Positions 9,312 through 19,111 of a DNA stretch of 64,000 bases are shown piece after piece. Under the pieces are notes generated by a model that was not told where the DNA came from, searched no databases, and saw only the letters and a program-made list of their open reading frames with translations. The translations under genes were made by a program, and so were the position numbers. Origin of the DNA: Alistipes sp. (lineage in GTDB: Bacteria > Bacteroidota > Bacteroidia > Bacteroidales > Rikenellaceae); NCBI GenBank assembly GCA_036652255.1, contig JAVVWE010000003.1, forward strand, positions 70,725 to 134,724. The letters run 5' to 3'. Position 1 is the first letter of the stretch; each line of letters starts with the position of its first letter.

Positions 9312-10055
9312 GTGAATCTGATTGTCGACATAGGAAATACGCGAACGAAACTCGCTGTCATGGAGGGTGGAAAGGTAATTGCGCAGCGCAGTGTGGAACG
9401 GCTATATGCCGGGGTGATTGATGAATTGATAGTCGATTATCCAACTGTTTGTCAAGCAATTGTCTGCTCTACGCGTGACGATGGACAGGCGGTGGCGGAG
9501 CTCATCAGATTGAAAGGTTGTCGGTGTGTGGTTTTCACGCCGCAGATGTCCGTGCCCCTCGCCAATGCCTACCGTACGCCCAAAACTTTGGGTCGTGATC
9601 GACTGGCAGCTGCCGTGGGGGCAGCTTTGTTGTATCCCTCGCGCAATGTCTTGATTGTTGATTTTGGTACCGCATTGACCCTCGATTTGGTGAGTGCGGA
9701 TGCCACATATCGCGGTGGTTTCATCTCACCCGGAGTGCAAACTCGTTTTCGCGCACTGCACGATTACACCGCCAAATTGCCACTGTGCAGTGCCTCGAAT
9801 GAAATTTTGCCGCTGGGGGTGACCACCCAAACTTCCATCGTGCAGGGGGTAATGTGCGGTGTGACTTATGAAATTGAGGGGCATATTGCTCGAATGTCTG
9901 CCGAATATGGTGATTTGTGCATAATTTTTACGGGTGGAGAGGCTAAATACTTTGTGGAAAGAATTAAAAATACGATATTTGCAGATTGGAACTTGATCTT
10001 TTGCGGATTGAATAGAATATTAGAGTATAATGCAAGTGAAAAAAATCTTGATTAA
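9312..10055 (+). CDS. coaX: Type III pantothenate kinase
   Basis: VDIGNTRTK, LGRDRLAA, VDFGTALT, GGFISPG, TGGEA. Confidence 0.95.
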   Translation: MNLIVDIGNTRTKLAVMEGGKVIAQRSVERLYAGVIDELIVDYPTVCQAIVCSTRDDGQAVAELIRLKGCRCVVFTPQMSVPLANAYRTPKTLGRDRLAAAVGAALLYPSRNVLIVDFGTALTLDLVSADATYRGGFISPGVQTRFRALHDYTAKLPLCSASNEILPLGVTTQTSIVQGVMCGVTYEIEGHIARMSAEYGDLCIIFTGGEAKYFVERIKNTIFADWNLIFCGLNRILEYNASEKNLD

Positions 10056-11397
10056 CATAGTTGCTTTGGCTGTCATTGCACTTCCTTGTCGTGTTGTGGC
10101 GCAGTCGAGCAGCATCAACGCGTTCTCTCCGTATTCGATGTACGGCATCGGCGAGTTGAATACGCCCGGTACACTGCCCATGCGATCAATGGGTGGCGTG
10201 GGTGTTGCCACGCGCGGTTCGATGCACGCGCCGACGTATGAGCCGACGACTATCAATTTGCTCAATCCTGCCGCATTTAGTACCATGACCCAGAAAAGTT
10301 TTCTCTTCGATTTCGGTGTGGAGGGACAGAACTTCTATAATTCGCAGAAAATAGCTGGTGAGCGCAAAAACTCAGCTCATAACACCTTCAATTTCCATGA
10401 GATAGCTTTTTTATTGCCCCTTGCTAAGGGGGTCGGCTTGGGCTTCGGACTTACCCCTTACAGCAGCGTGGGCTACCGCGTGAAAGCGACGCAGATTAAT
10501 GGCAACTTCGGCTGGGCAGATTATAGTTTCGAGGGGGAAGGCGATGTGACCGAGGTGAAGGCGGGTATCGGCTGGGAGGTGTTTCGCAACTTCTCGATTG
10601 GTGCTGCGATGCAGTATTACTGGGGCGATATCGACCGTAAGTATACCATGACTCCGACCAATATCGTGGACAACGCACACATCACACCTACCATCGGACT
10701 CGATATGTACAGTGTGTCGCGTGTTAAGGGGCAATTTGGTGTGCAGTGGAGCCCCCTTTCGAATGAGAAGCGTGCGTTGACGCTGGGTGTCACCTACGAC
10801 ATCGGTGGTGATTTGTCACCCAGAGTGACGCATAATATTCGTGTGGGTAATTTTGCAGGTTCGAGCGTCAAAAACGACGATACACACATGGCTCTCTCGT
10901 TGCCACATCAACTTGCAGCGGGTGTCAATTACCGTACACCGCGCCTTTCGCTGGGCATGGATTACGTCTATCAAAATTGGCGAGGTGTGAACCAGAACCT
11001 TTCCGAGACGACCAGTGGCGGCTACAAAGTGGAATACGCCAACACCAGCACCTTCAAATTAGGCGTTGAATATACCCCCAACTACACCGATATGCGCCAT
11101 TTTATGCGACGCATTGCCTACCGTGCCGGTGTGCGCTATGGCGACTACAACCAAACCTTCAACGGACAACGCATTTCGCAATATGCTGTCACACTTGGCA
11201 TTGGCATTCCTGTGCGATTCTTGTCTGCTTCGGCTGTTGATATCGGTTTTGAGTATGGTTCGCGCGGGGCTAATGGCAACATTGCGGGCAACGTGGGCTT
11301 TATCAAACAACAATATTTTAAATTCGCAATCGGTTTCTCCATTTTCTCATCGGGCAAATCAGGCGAATATTGGTTCGTGCGTCCTAAATACGATTAA
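10030..11397 (+). CDS. Outer-membrane beta-barrel protein (FadL/OmpP1-like), function unknown
   Basis: Signal peptide; SPYSMYGIG, NPAAFS, FDFG, PYSSVGY; alternating beta-strand pattern. Confidence 0.75.
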   Translation: MQVKKILINIVALAVIALPCRVVAQSSSINAFSPYSMYGIGELNTPGTLPMRSMGGVGVATRGSMHAPTYEPTTINLLNPAAFSTMTQKSFLFDFGVEGQNFYNSQKIAGERKNSAHNTFNFHEIAFLLPLAKGVGLGFGLTPYSSVGYRVKATQINGNFGWADYSFEGEGDVTEVKAGIGWEVFRNFSIGAAMQYYWGDIDRKYTMTPTNIVDNAHITPTIGLDMYSVSRVKGQFGVQWSPLSNEKRALTLGVTYDIGGDLSPRVTHNIRVGNFAGSSVKNDDTHMALSLPHQLAAGVNYRTPRLSLGMDYVYQNWRGVNQNLSETTSGGYKVEYANTSTFKLGVEYTPNYTDMRHFMRRIAYRAGVRYGDYNQTFNGQRISQYAVTLGIGIPVRFLSASAVDIGFEYGSRGANGNIAGNVGFIKQQYFKFAIGFSIFSSGKSGEYWFVRPKYD

Positions 11398-11435
11398 TTA
11401 TTGCCAACTTATAAAAAAAAATAAAACTTCTTACA

Positions 11436-12776
11436 ATGAAAAAGATCTCTATTTTACTTGCTGTGGCTCTCGCTTTGATTGGAACGACCGTTATGGCTCA
11501 ACAAGATTTTAGTGGCCCGCAGTATGCCAAATGGGGCGATACTCCCGAGGCACGTGGGGCAAACATTATGGCGAGCAATTTCCTCGCGGAGTCGGTGAAG
11601 AGTCGGAATTACGACGAGGCAGCGGTGCATCTGAATCAATTGATTGCCAACCGTCCTGAGGCTTCGGTCAATACCTTTAAATATGGTAAGATGATTTACC
11701 GTGCTAAAATTAATGCTGCCACCACACGTGAGGTGAAGAATAAATATGTGGATTCACTGCTGATTATGTACGATTTGCAGGCGAAATACTTCGGTGAAAC
11801 GGGCAAGGAGTCGACAGCTGATATCATGGGAAACAAGGCAAAGGAGATTTTACTCTATCGTCCAACGAGCCGGGAGGCGATTCGCACCGCATTTAAAACG
11901 GCAATTACTGCCGGTGGCGAGGCTGCCGACCCTGAGATTATGGCAATCTATTTCAAGAACCTTTGCGATGATAGTCAGTCGGGCGAAGTAGCTGCTGATG
12001 AGGTAATTAATGAATATGAGCGTCTGGCTCCACTCTTTGGTGATCGTCCGGAGGCTGCGGAAAATAAAACGCAGTTCGATGCAGCATTCAGCTTGAGCGG
12101 TGTGGCAAATTGCGAGAATCTTGAGCGCATTTTCAAGGCTAAATTGGCTGCAACACCCAATGATGAAAAGATTCTTTCGCAAGCAGTAGCCTTGCTGTCT
12201 AAAGCACAGTGTACAAGTCAGTTCTACTTTCAAACGGCAGAGAAATACTATGCCGTGAAGCCTTCGGCAAATACGGCGATGGTGCTCGCCGAAATGTTCC
12301 AAGAGCAGCGCAATTATGACAAGGCGGTGAAGTACCTCAATGAGGCACTCTCGGTGGAAACTTCGGCTGTTGAGCGTGAAAAACTCCTCGCCCGCATCGG
12401 TTTGGTGGAGCTTGTTGCCAATCACATCTCGTCGGCGGCATCTTCGGCACGTCAAGCTATCAACTTGAACCCCGAAAATGGTCTGGCCTACTTCGTGTTG
12501 GCTCAGTGCTACGCTTCGTCGGCAGTCAACTGTGCCGGCATTGAGGGTCAAGCTGCCTACTGGGCTGCTTACGACACAATGTCCAAGGCGGTCAATTTCA
12601 TGAATGAAGACGAGGAGAAATCTTTCGGTCAATCGGCGCGTTCGTCGCTTGCCGGTTACCGCAATCGCTTTCCAACTTCGGAGGAGTGCTTCTTCACTGA
12701 ACTAAAAGAAGGTCAGCGTTATACGGTCTCTTGCGGTATCGCTTCAGGCGTAGCAACGACGGTGCGTTGTCGATAA
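11436..12776 (+). CDS. Periplasmic TPR protein
   Basis: Signal peptide, helical repeats (NYDKAVKYLNEAL, AINLNPENGLAYFVLAQ), C-terminal FPTSEECFF. Confidence 0.8.
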   Translation: MKKISILLAVALALIGTTVMAQQDFSGPQYAKWGDTPEARGANIMASNFLAESVKSRNYDEAAVHLNQLIANRPEASVNTFKYGKMIYRAKINAATTREVKNKYVDSLLIMYDLQAKYFGETGKESTADIMGNKAKEILLYRPTSREAIRTAFKTAITAGGEAADPEIMAIYFKNLCDDSQSGEVAADEVINEYERLAPLFGDRPEAAENKTQFDAAFSLSGVANCENLERIFKAKLAATPNDEKILSQAVALLSKAQCTSQFYFQTAEKYYAVKPSANTAMVLAEMFQEQRNYDKAVKYLNEALSVETSAVEREKLLARIGLVELVANHISSAASSARQAINLNPENGLAYFVLAQCYASSAVNCAGIEGQAAYWAAYDTMSKAVNFMNEDEEKSFGQSARSSLAGYRNRFPTSEECFFTELKEGQRYTVSCGIASGVATTVRCR

Positions 12777-12780
12777 TTTA

Positions 12781-13506
12781 ATGTCTCGACTACGGGTAAA
12801 ATACACTTTGGTGGCACTCCTCCTTGTGGGGAGTGCTACCTTGTTGTTTTCGTGTAAGGAGGAGCTGAACGAGGATACTGTGGCACAGGATGAGGCGATG
12901 ATGACCGAGTACAGCGAAAACTTGACGGTCGTCAAATCGCAAAACGGACGTAAATCGTACGATTTCACCACTCCGCTCTTGGAGGGCTACACGCTTGCTA
13001 AGGATCCCTATCGCGAGTTCCGCAAAGGTGTGAAAATTCTTACCTACAAAGAGGATTCGCTCGCCGTGGCGCAGGTCGATGTTTCGTTGGTGGCGAACTA
13101 CGCCATCTACTACATTAAACGTGACTTGTGGGAGGCGAAAGGCAATGTGGTGGTCAACTCAGCTAACGGACGCATACTATATACTCAGCAACTATTCTGG
13201 AACGCTAAAACCAGACGAATCTACTCCAATGTCGATTCGAAAATTGTCGAGAATGAAGGTCGTAACGTCTCCTATGGTGCAGGTTTTGAATCAGATGAAG
13301 CGATGTCAGACTGGCGGTTTCGCTACATGACAAGTCGTATGGAGTTGGAGATGAAAACTGCTCCTGATTCGGTGGCAACAACCTTCGACACTGTTGCGCC
13401 ACGTTCAACTGTGGCAGTTGGTACGGGAACCTCACCGTTGCCCGCAGCAGACGATTCCTCTAAGGATGCCAAGAAGATAGGTGACAAATCGAAGCCGCAA
13501 AAATAA
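12781..13506 (+). CDS. lptC: LPS export periplasmic protein LptC
   Basis: Lipoprotein-like N-terminus; ANYAIYY, LWEAKGNVVV, LYTQQLFW, GAGFESD match Bacteroidota LptC. Confidence 0.8.
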   Translation: MSRLRVKYTLVALLLVGSATLLFSCKEELNEDTVAQDEAMMTEYSENLTVVKSQNGRKSYDFTTPLLEGYTLAKDPYREFRKGVKILTYKEDSLAVAQVDVSLVANYAIYYIKRDLWEAKGNVVVNSANGRILYTQQLFWNAKTRRIYSNVDSKIVENEGRNVSYGAGFESDEAMSDWRFRYMTSRMELEMKTAPDSVATTFDTVAPRSTVAVGTGTSPLPAADDSSKDAKKIGDKSKPQK

Positions 13507-14774
13507 TGATTACCTCCATTTTTTTGATCCTGCTATTGCTGTTGCTCTCTGCATTTTTTTCGGGTATGGAGATTGCTTTCACGAGCAAAAATCGCCTCAA
13601 ATTAGAGATTGACCGCAAGCAAAGCCGTATGTTCGACTTTATTGCCGATTTGTTTGCTCGCCACCCCGGACAATATATCACTACGATTTTAGTGGGCAAC
13701 AACATCGCACTGGTCATTTACTCGCTCTGTATGTCGGTATTTCTGCGTGCAGTGGCGGGTTTTTTGGGATGGACGGAAGTGGCTACGGAGGGGTCGGTAG
13801 CCCTCGAAACGGCGGTCTCGACCGTTGTGATTATTTTTGTGGCGGAGTTTCTGCCCAAGTCGATTTTTCGCAATGATCCGAATTTCTACTATCGAACGTT
13901 TGCTCCAATTATCTATTTTTTCTATATTTTGCTCTACCCCATAGCGCGCTTTACGACCATCATTTCGCATGGGATTTTGCGTTTGATGGGGCGGCGTGTG
14001 AGCGAGGAGGCACCCGAAAGCAGCTTCGATCGGACAGATTTGGCATCGCTGCTCGATACGAATAACACCGATGATCACCAGCACGAAAGCGATAATAACG
14101 AGATAAAACTCTTCCAAAATGCCCTTGACTTTGCCGATATGCGCGTGCGTGACTGTATGGTTCCGCGTGTGGATATTGAGTCGGTGGATATAGAGAATAC
14201 GACCATTGAGGAGCTGACAACGCTCTTCGTTGAGACTATGTATTCGCGCATTTTCGTCTGGGAGAAAAGTATCGACAATATTGTGGGTTATGTCAATTCG
14301 AAGAGCCTGTTCAATCGTCCGACGACCATCAAAGAGGTGCTGATGACGGTGCATTTTGTCCCTGAAACGATGCCGTTGCAAGCCTTGTTGCAAAATTTAA
14401 TCAAGCACAAAAATAATATTGCGGTGGTCATTGATGAGTTTGGCGGTACGGCAGGTGTGATTTCGTTGGAGGATGTCTTGGAGCAGATATTCGGTGAAAT
14501 CGAAGACGAACACGATGTCTCAGATTTGATTGAAAAGCAGGTTGCTCCCGATGAATTTGTCCTCTCGTGCCGGCTCGAAGTGAAGTATTTGAACGAGAAA
14601 TACAACCTTGGCATCGCCGAGAGCAAGGATTATGATACGTTGGCGGGTTACATTATCTATCAGTATGAGGGCATCCCTGTTGCAGGTGAAACGCTTGCCT
14701 TTGGTGGGTTGGAGCTCAAAATTCTTCGCACAACTCGTTCGCGTATCGAATTGGCAAGAGTGAAAAAGCTGTGA
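13506..14774 (+). CDS. Hemolysin/CNNM (DUF21-CBS-CorC) membrane protein
   Basis: SAFFSGMEIAF, AEFLPKS, VRDCMVPR, VIDEFGGTAG, EHD. Confidence 0.92.
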   Translation: MITSIFLILLLLLLSAFFSGMEIAFTSKNRLKLEIDRKQSRMFDFIADLFARHPGQYITTILVGNNIALVIYSLCMSVFLRAVAGFLGWTEVATEGSVALETAVSTVVIIFVAEFLPKSIFRNDPNFYYRTFAPIIYFFYILLYPIARFTTIISHGILRLMGRRVSEEAPESSFDRTDLASLLDTNNTDDHQHESDNNEIKLFQNALDFADMRVRDCMVPRVDIESVDIENTTIEELTTLFVETMYSRIFVWEKSIDNIVGYVNSKSLFNRPTTIKEVLMTVHFVPETMPLQALLQNLIKHKNNIAVVIDEFGGTAGVISLEDVLEQIFGEIEDEHDVSDLIEKQVAPDEFVLSCRLEVKYLNEKYNLGIAESKDYDTLAGYIIYQYEGIPVAGETLAFGGLELKILRTTRSRIELARVKKL

Positions 14775-14863
14775 TAATTTTTGACGTTATATGGGCTTAT
14801 TCGAAATAAATTTACTACCTTTGACTGTTAAATCGAAAACAAAATAAATAATAACGAATTTAT

Positions 14864-16900
14864 ATGGCAAGTTTAAACACATTAAGAACCAAATTTGGTG
14901 TGGTGCTGTCGATTATTATCGGCCTCGCCCTTTTGGCTTTTGTCCTCTCTTTGAAAACCGAGATGGGATTTTCAGGCAACGATCCTAAAGTCGGTGTAAT
15001 CGACGGGGATAAAATCAAATACTCTGAGTATTTGGAAGAGTACGATCGCGTGAAACAGCAAAATGGTGGTGCTGAAGGCACTGCACAGCAGATGGATGCG
15101 CTTTCGAATGCTACATGGCAGGTGATGCTCACCAAACACGTGATGGAACCCGGATTCGAAAAATTAGGTGTCTCTGTCGGTGAGGCGGAGCGTCTGGGAC
15201 TCATCAGTGGCGAGCACACGTCGGATGCACTCTATCGTGCCTTCGCAGATCCTCGTACCGGTGTCTACAATGTGGCTTCGGTCTCTGAATTTCTGACTCA
15301 TGCACAGACCGATCCACAGGCTCAGCAGATGTGGAATGCGCTCAATAAGCAGATGTTGATTGAGCGTCAATTCTCGAAATATCTCACGCTGCTTAAGGCG
15401 GGTGTCTATGTGAATAATCTTGAAGTTGCCAGAGGTGTACAGTCTGCTAACAACAGTTACACAGGACGTTGGGCAGGTAAAAAATATGATTCAGTGGCAG
15501 ACTCGCTCTTAGAGGTGTCGCAATCTGAAATCCGTGCCTACTACGACAAACATAAACGAGCATTTGAACAGACTCCTTCGCGTACGATTTCGTATGTAGT
15601 ATTCGATGTGAACGCTACGGAGGACGATATGCTCGCTATTCAAAACACGGTTACAGCGGTGGGCGAGGAGTTCGCTGCGGCTCCCGACGTGAAGGCATTT
15701 ATTCGCGGCAATCGCAACGGTCGCATCAACGAGAGCTACGTTTCGGCAGCACAACTGCCTGCTGAAGAGGCACAAGCATTGCTCGCTGGCGCACAATATG
15801 GTCCCGTGTTGAAGGACAATGCGTGGACGATGGCTCGCGTGGTGGAGTCGAAAATAGTCTCTGACACCTTGGGCATTCGTCATATCGTGCTTCCTTTTGC
15901 GGAGGAAAAACGTGCCGATAGCTTGCTGACCGCGCTGCGTGCCGGTGGCGATTTTGCACAGGCTGCACAGCAATTCTCCGTCTATAATGAGACGGCTGCC
16001 AATGGCGGCGAGGTGGGCTTGATGCCTTTCTCGGCCTTTACAGGTGAATTTGCTACGGCTTTGTCTGGAGCAAAGAAGGATGATATTGTGAAAATTGTTA
16101 CGGGTGATGCCATCCAACTCATTCAGGTATATCGTGCTGATAGCCCCTCAAAACACCTGATGATTGCAACGATTACTTATCCCGTTGAGGCATCGGAAAA
16201 GACACGCAATATCATTCATAATGCAGCAGGAACTTTCTCGGTGAGTGCCAAAGGGTCGATTGAGAAGTTCAATGAAGCTGCTACGGCGGCGGCTGTGACA
16301 CCTCGTGTGTCGCCGATTCGTCAAGGCGAACGCGATTTGCAAGGTCTTGAAGATTCGCGTGAGTTGGTGCGTTGGGCTTATGGAGCCGAAAAGGGTGACC
16401 TCTCGGAGATTTTCGCTGTGGGTGGCAACTATGTACTTGCTACGGTGACCGATATTGATGACGAGAAGGTGATGACGGTGGAGCGCGCTACGGATCGCAT
16501 CAAAGCGAAGTTGCTGCGTGACAAGAAGTACGATTATATCGTTAAAAATGCGCAAGGTTCAAGTTTTGCTGACTTGACCATGAGCCTCGGCACTTCGGAA
16601 AGCGGACAGTTTGATAGTTTGCAGTACGCTGCTTACTACCTCCCCAATATGGGCATTGAACCCCGTGTGATTGGTGCTATCACCTCGACGACGAAGACCG
16701 GTGTGGTCTCTAAACCGGTGAAGGGCAATACGGGTGTCTACATTTTCCAAGTCGACAATGTAGCTACGGAAGCAAAGCAAACTCCTGAAGCAGAGAAAGT
16801 TCGTGCTCAGGCTATGGCTGAGGGTATGATGCAGCAATATTCGTTGCAGGCTATTCAGCAGATGGCGAAAGTGGAAGATTTGCGTGGCAAGTTCTTCTAA
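14864..16900 (+). CDS. ppiD: PpiD-like SurA-N/parvulin periplasmic chaperone
   Basis: N-terminal TM anchor, SurA-like domain, RHIVL...ANGGEVG rotamase motif. Confidence 0.85.
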   Translation: MASLNTLRTKFGVVLSIIIGLALLAFVLSLKTEMGFSGNDPKVGVIDGDKIKYSEYLEEYDRVKQQNGGAEGTAQQMDALSNATWQVMLTKHVMEPGFEKLGVSVGEAERLGLISGEHTSDALYRAFADPRTGVYNVASVSEFLTHAQTDPQAQQMWNALNKQMLIERQFSKYLTLLKAGVYVNNLEVARGVQSANNSYTGRWAGKKYDSVADSLLEVSQSEIRAYYDKHKRAFEQTPSRTISYVVFDVNATEDDMLAIQNTVTAVGEEFAAAPDVKAFIRGNRNGRINESYVSAAQLPAEEAQALLAGAQYGPVLKDNAWTMARVVESKIVSDTLGIRHIVLPFAEEKRADSLLTALRAGGDFAQAAQQFSVYNETAANGGEVGLMPFSAFTGEFATALSGAKKDDIVKIVTGDAIQLIQVYRADSPSKHLMIATITYPVEASEKTRNIIHNAAGTFSVSAKGSIEKFNEAATAAAVTPRVSPIRQGERDLQGLEDSRELVRWAYGAEKGDLSEIFAVGGNYVLATVTDIDDEKVMTVERATDRIKAKLLRDKKYDYIVKNAQGSSFADLTMSLGTSESGQFDSLQYAAYYLPNMGIEPRVIGAITSTTKTGVVSKPVKGNTGVYIFQVDNVATEAKQTPEAEKVRAQAMAEGMMQQYSLQAIQQMAKVEDLRGKFF

Positions 16901-16922
16901 CGAGAGTTGATATGTATAATTT

Positions 16923-16957
16923 AAAGGCGAGCACTCGATGAGTGCTCGCCTTTTGTT
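16923..16957 (+). terminator. Intrinsic terminator after ppiD
   Basis: aaaggcgagcactc-gat-gagtgctcgccttt followed by T-rich tail. Confidence 0.85.
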
Positions 16958-17067
16958 ATGCACGAAGTTGTGAAATTTTATTTGTTGAATGCGGAACGTT
17001 ATTGGCAAAAATAATCTATTTTTGTAGTAGAGATAGAATGATTTTTTTAACCCTTAAACTTAAAAAT

Positions 17068-17376
17068 ATGAAAAAATTATTTGCATTTTTATTCCTTGTC
17101 GCGATGTGCACTGGTTGCGGTGTTGTAAAAACTCCATTGACGGGTATGGCCTATACCGATGTGAAGGACGGTTTGGCTGTGACGAGTAATATTGGGTCGT
17201 CGAAGGTCGGTACGGCTGAGGCGAAGAGTTATGTGGGGCTTGTGGCTCTGGGTGATGCGAGCATTCAAGCAGCAGCACGAGATGCCGGGATTTCGCGCAT
17301 TCATCACGTGGATTATCAGTCTAAATCGTACGTAGGTGTCTATAATATCTATACGATAATCGTTTATGGTGAGTAA
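17068..17376 (+). CDS. TRL-like family lipoprotein
   Basis: Start at ATG 17068 (MKKLFAFLFLVAMCTGC lipobox); GDASIQAAA, ISRIHHVD, TIIVYGE. Confidence 0.75.
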   Translation: MKKLFAFLFLVAMCTGCGVVKTPLTGMAYTDVKDGLAVTSNIGSSKVGTAEAKSYVGLVALGDASIQAAARDAGISRIHHVDYQSKSYVGVYNIYTIIVYGE

Positions 17377-17890
17377 GTTGCGTTGTTTGCTCTTGTTCAG
17401 TTCTTTTGTGTTTTGCTCCGTCGTGTCGGGACAAAATATCAAGGGACATTATGTCTCCAAGAGCCAGCCGGATGGTACGATTTATCATACGATGCCCGTT
17501 GCGCTGTTCGAGAATAGTATGTCAAGTGATTTGATTTACGACCTGACTTATAAGCAGCATAGTGGTCAGGTTACGCTCAATTTCACCTACGAAATGGCGC
17601 AGCCTCTCTCTGCGGATTCGGTGTGTTTCGTCTCTGGTTCGACTGTTGTTTCGGGTGCGGTACAGAAAATGTATGTAGAACCAAATCAGAACAAGTGGAA
17701 GCATCGCTACACCTTCACAACCGAAATTGCGCCATTTTACCTTTTTTATAACGAGAAAACCTTGCCCTGTGTGACTATTTATGCCAATGGCAAGAGCTAC
17801 GTGTATAAAGTGAAACGATCCGCATGGCGCAATTACGCCCCTGTCGGATTCAAAATTTTCGAAATGATTCGCTTTAACGAAACAAATTAA
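17366..17890 (+). CDS. Hypothetical secreted protein
   Basis: 174 aa with signal peptide; overlaps TRL stop by 11 nt; no recognisable family. Confidence 0.7.
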   Translation: MVSKLRCLLLFSSFVFCSVVSGQNIKGHYVSKSQPDGTIYHTMPVALFENSMSSDLIYDLTYKQHSGQVTLNFTYEMAQPLSADSVCFVSGSTVVSGAVQKMYVEPNQNKWKHRYTFTTEIAPFYLFYNEKTLPCVTIYANGKSYVYKVKRSAWRNYAPVGFKIFEMIRFNETN

Positions 17891-17900
17891 GATATAACTT

Positions 17901-19043
17901 ATGGATAATTTCATCTTTCAGAATCCCACGAAGTTGGTCTTCGGCAAGGGGATGATTGCAAAATTGACGGAGTTGATTCCCGTCGAAAAGAACATTATGA
18001 TCACCTTTGGTAGTGGTAGCGTGAAGCACAATGGTGTCTATGACGAGGTAGTTGCGGCACTTTCGGGTCACAATTACATTGAATTTTGGGGTATTGAGCC
18101 CAACCCATCAATCGAAACTTTGCGCGAGGCTATTGCTTTAGGTAAGGAGCATCACGTTGATTTCCTGCTTGCTGTGGGTGGAGGATCGGTCATCGACGGG
18201 ACGAAACTCATCTCGGCAGGGTTGCTTTTCGAGGGTGATGCATGGGAGCTGGTCAAGCGTGGTTCTGAGTTTCACACCCTACCTTTGGGTGCAGTATTGA
18301 CTTTGCCTGCTACGGGTTCGGAGATGAATCGGGGGGCTGTGATTTCGCGTCATGAAACAAAAGAAAAATTTGCTTTTTACAGTAATTACCCCACATTTTC
18401 GATTCTTGACCCTGAAAAAACCTTTACCTTGCCCGACAAACAAATTGCTGCCGGGCTGGCTGATACGTTTGTGCACGTCATGGAGCAATATCTCACGACC
18501 CCCAATCAGTCGCGCGTGATGGATCGTTGGGCGGAGGGTTTGTTACTGACACTCATCGAGATAGCACCAAAAATACGTGCCGATAAGCGCAACTACGACC
18601 TGATGTCCGATTTCATGCTCTCGGCGACGATGGGGCTGAATGGTTTTATCACCATGGGCGTGAAGCAGGATTGGGCAACGCATATGATTGGTCATGAGCT
18701 CACTGCGCTCCATGGATTGACCCACGGTGCTACTTTGGCAATTGTCTTCAATGGCACAATGCGCACGTTGCGCAATCAGAAACAGGAGAAAATTCTGCAA
18801 TATGGCACTCGCATTTGGGGCATTACAGAGGGCTCGGTAGCTGAGCGCATTGATGGTACTATTGCAGCTACGGAGGCTTTTTTCCGCTCGCTGGGGCTCT
18901 CGACGCGTCTTGCGGAAGAGGGAATTGGAGAGCCGACAATTGCTGAAATTGAACGTCGTTTCAATGCTTTGGGTGTCGCTCACGGTGAGAATAAGAATGT
19001 GACGGGAGCCGTTGCACGTCAAATACTTGAGAGCTGCAAATAA
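17901..19043 (+). CDS. Iron-containing (YqhD-like) alcohol/aldehyde dehydrogenase
   Basis: NPTKLVFG, GIEPNP, AVGGGSVIDGTK, PATGSEMN, HMIGHELTALHGLTHG. Confidence 0.93.
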   Translation: MDNFIFQNPTKLVFGKGMIAKLTELIPVEKNIMITFGSGSVKHNGVYDEVVAALSGHNYIEFWGIEPNPSIETLREAIALGKEHHVDFLLAVGGGSVIDGTKLISAGLLFEGDAWELVKRGSEFHTLPLGAVLTLPATGSEMNRGAVISRHETKEKFAFYSNYPTFSILDPEKTFTLPDKQIAAGLADTFVHVMEQYLTTPNQSRVMDRWAEGLLLTLIEIAPKIRADKRNYDLMSDFMLSATMGLNGFITMGVKQDWATHMIGHELTALHGLTHGATLAIVFNGTMRTLRNQKQEKILQYGTRIWGITEGSVAERIDGTIAATEAFFRSLGLSTRLAEEGIGEPTIAEIERRFNALGVAHGENKNVTGAVARQILESCK

Positions 19044-19062
19044 TCAGAGAGTAGTGTATAAT

Positions 19063-19098
19063 AAAAGAGGGCTGTTGCAATTGCAACAGCCCTCTTTT
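19063..19098. terminator. Bidirectional terminator between convergent ADH and mutase genes
   Basis: Perfect 36-bp palindrome aaaagagggctgttgcaa|ttgcaacagccctctttt. Confidence 0.85.
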
Positions 19099-19111
19099 TG
19101 TTTGTGACGAT

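Noticed and set aside
16942-17067. Track's upstream start for the TRL-like gene
   Set aside because: It begins inside the terminator and upstream of the -7 box; ATG 17068 gives a canonical lipoprotein signal.
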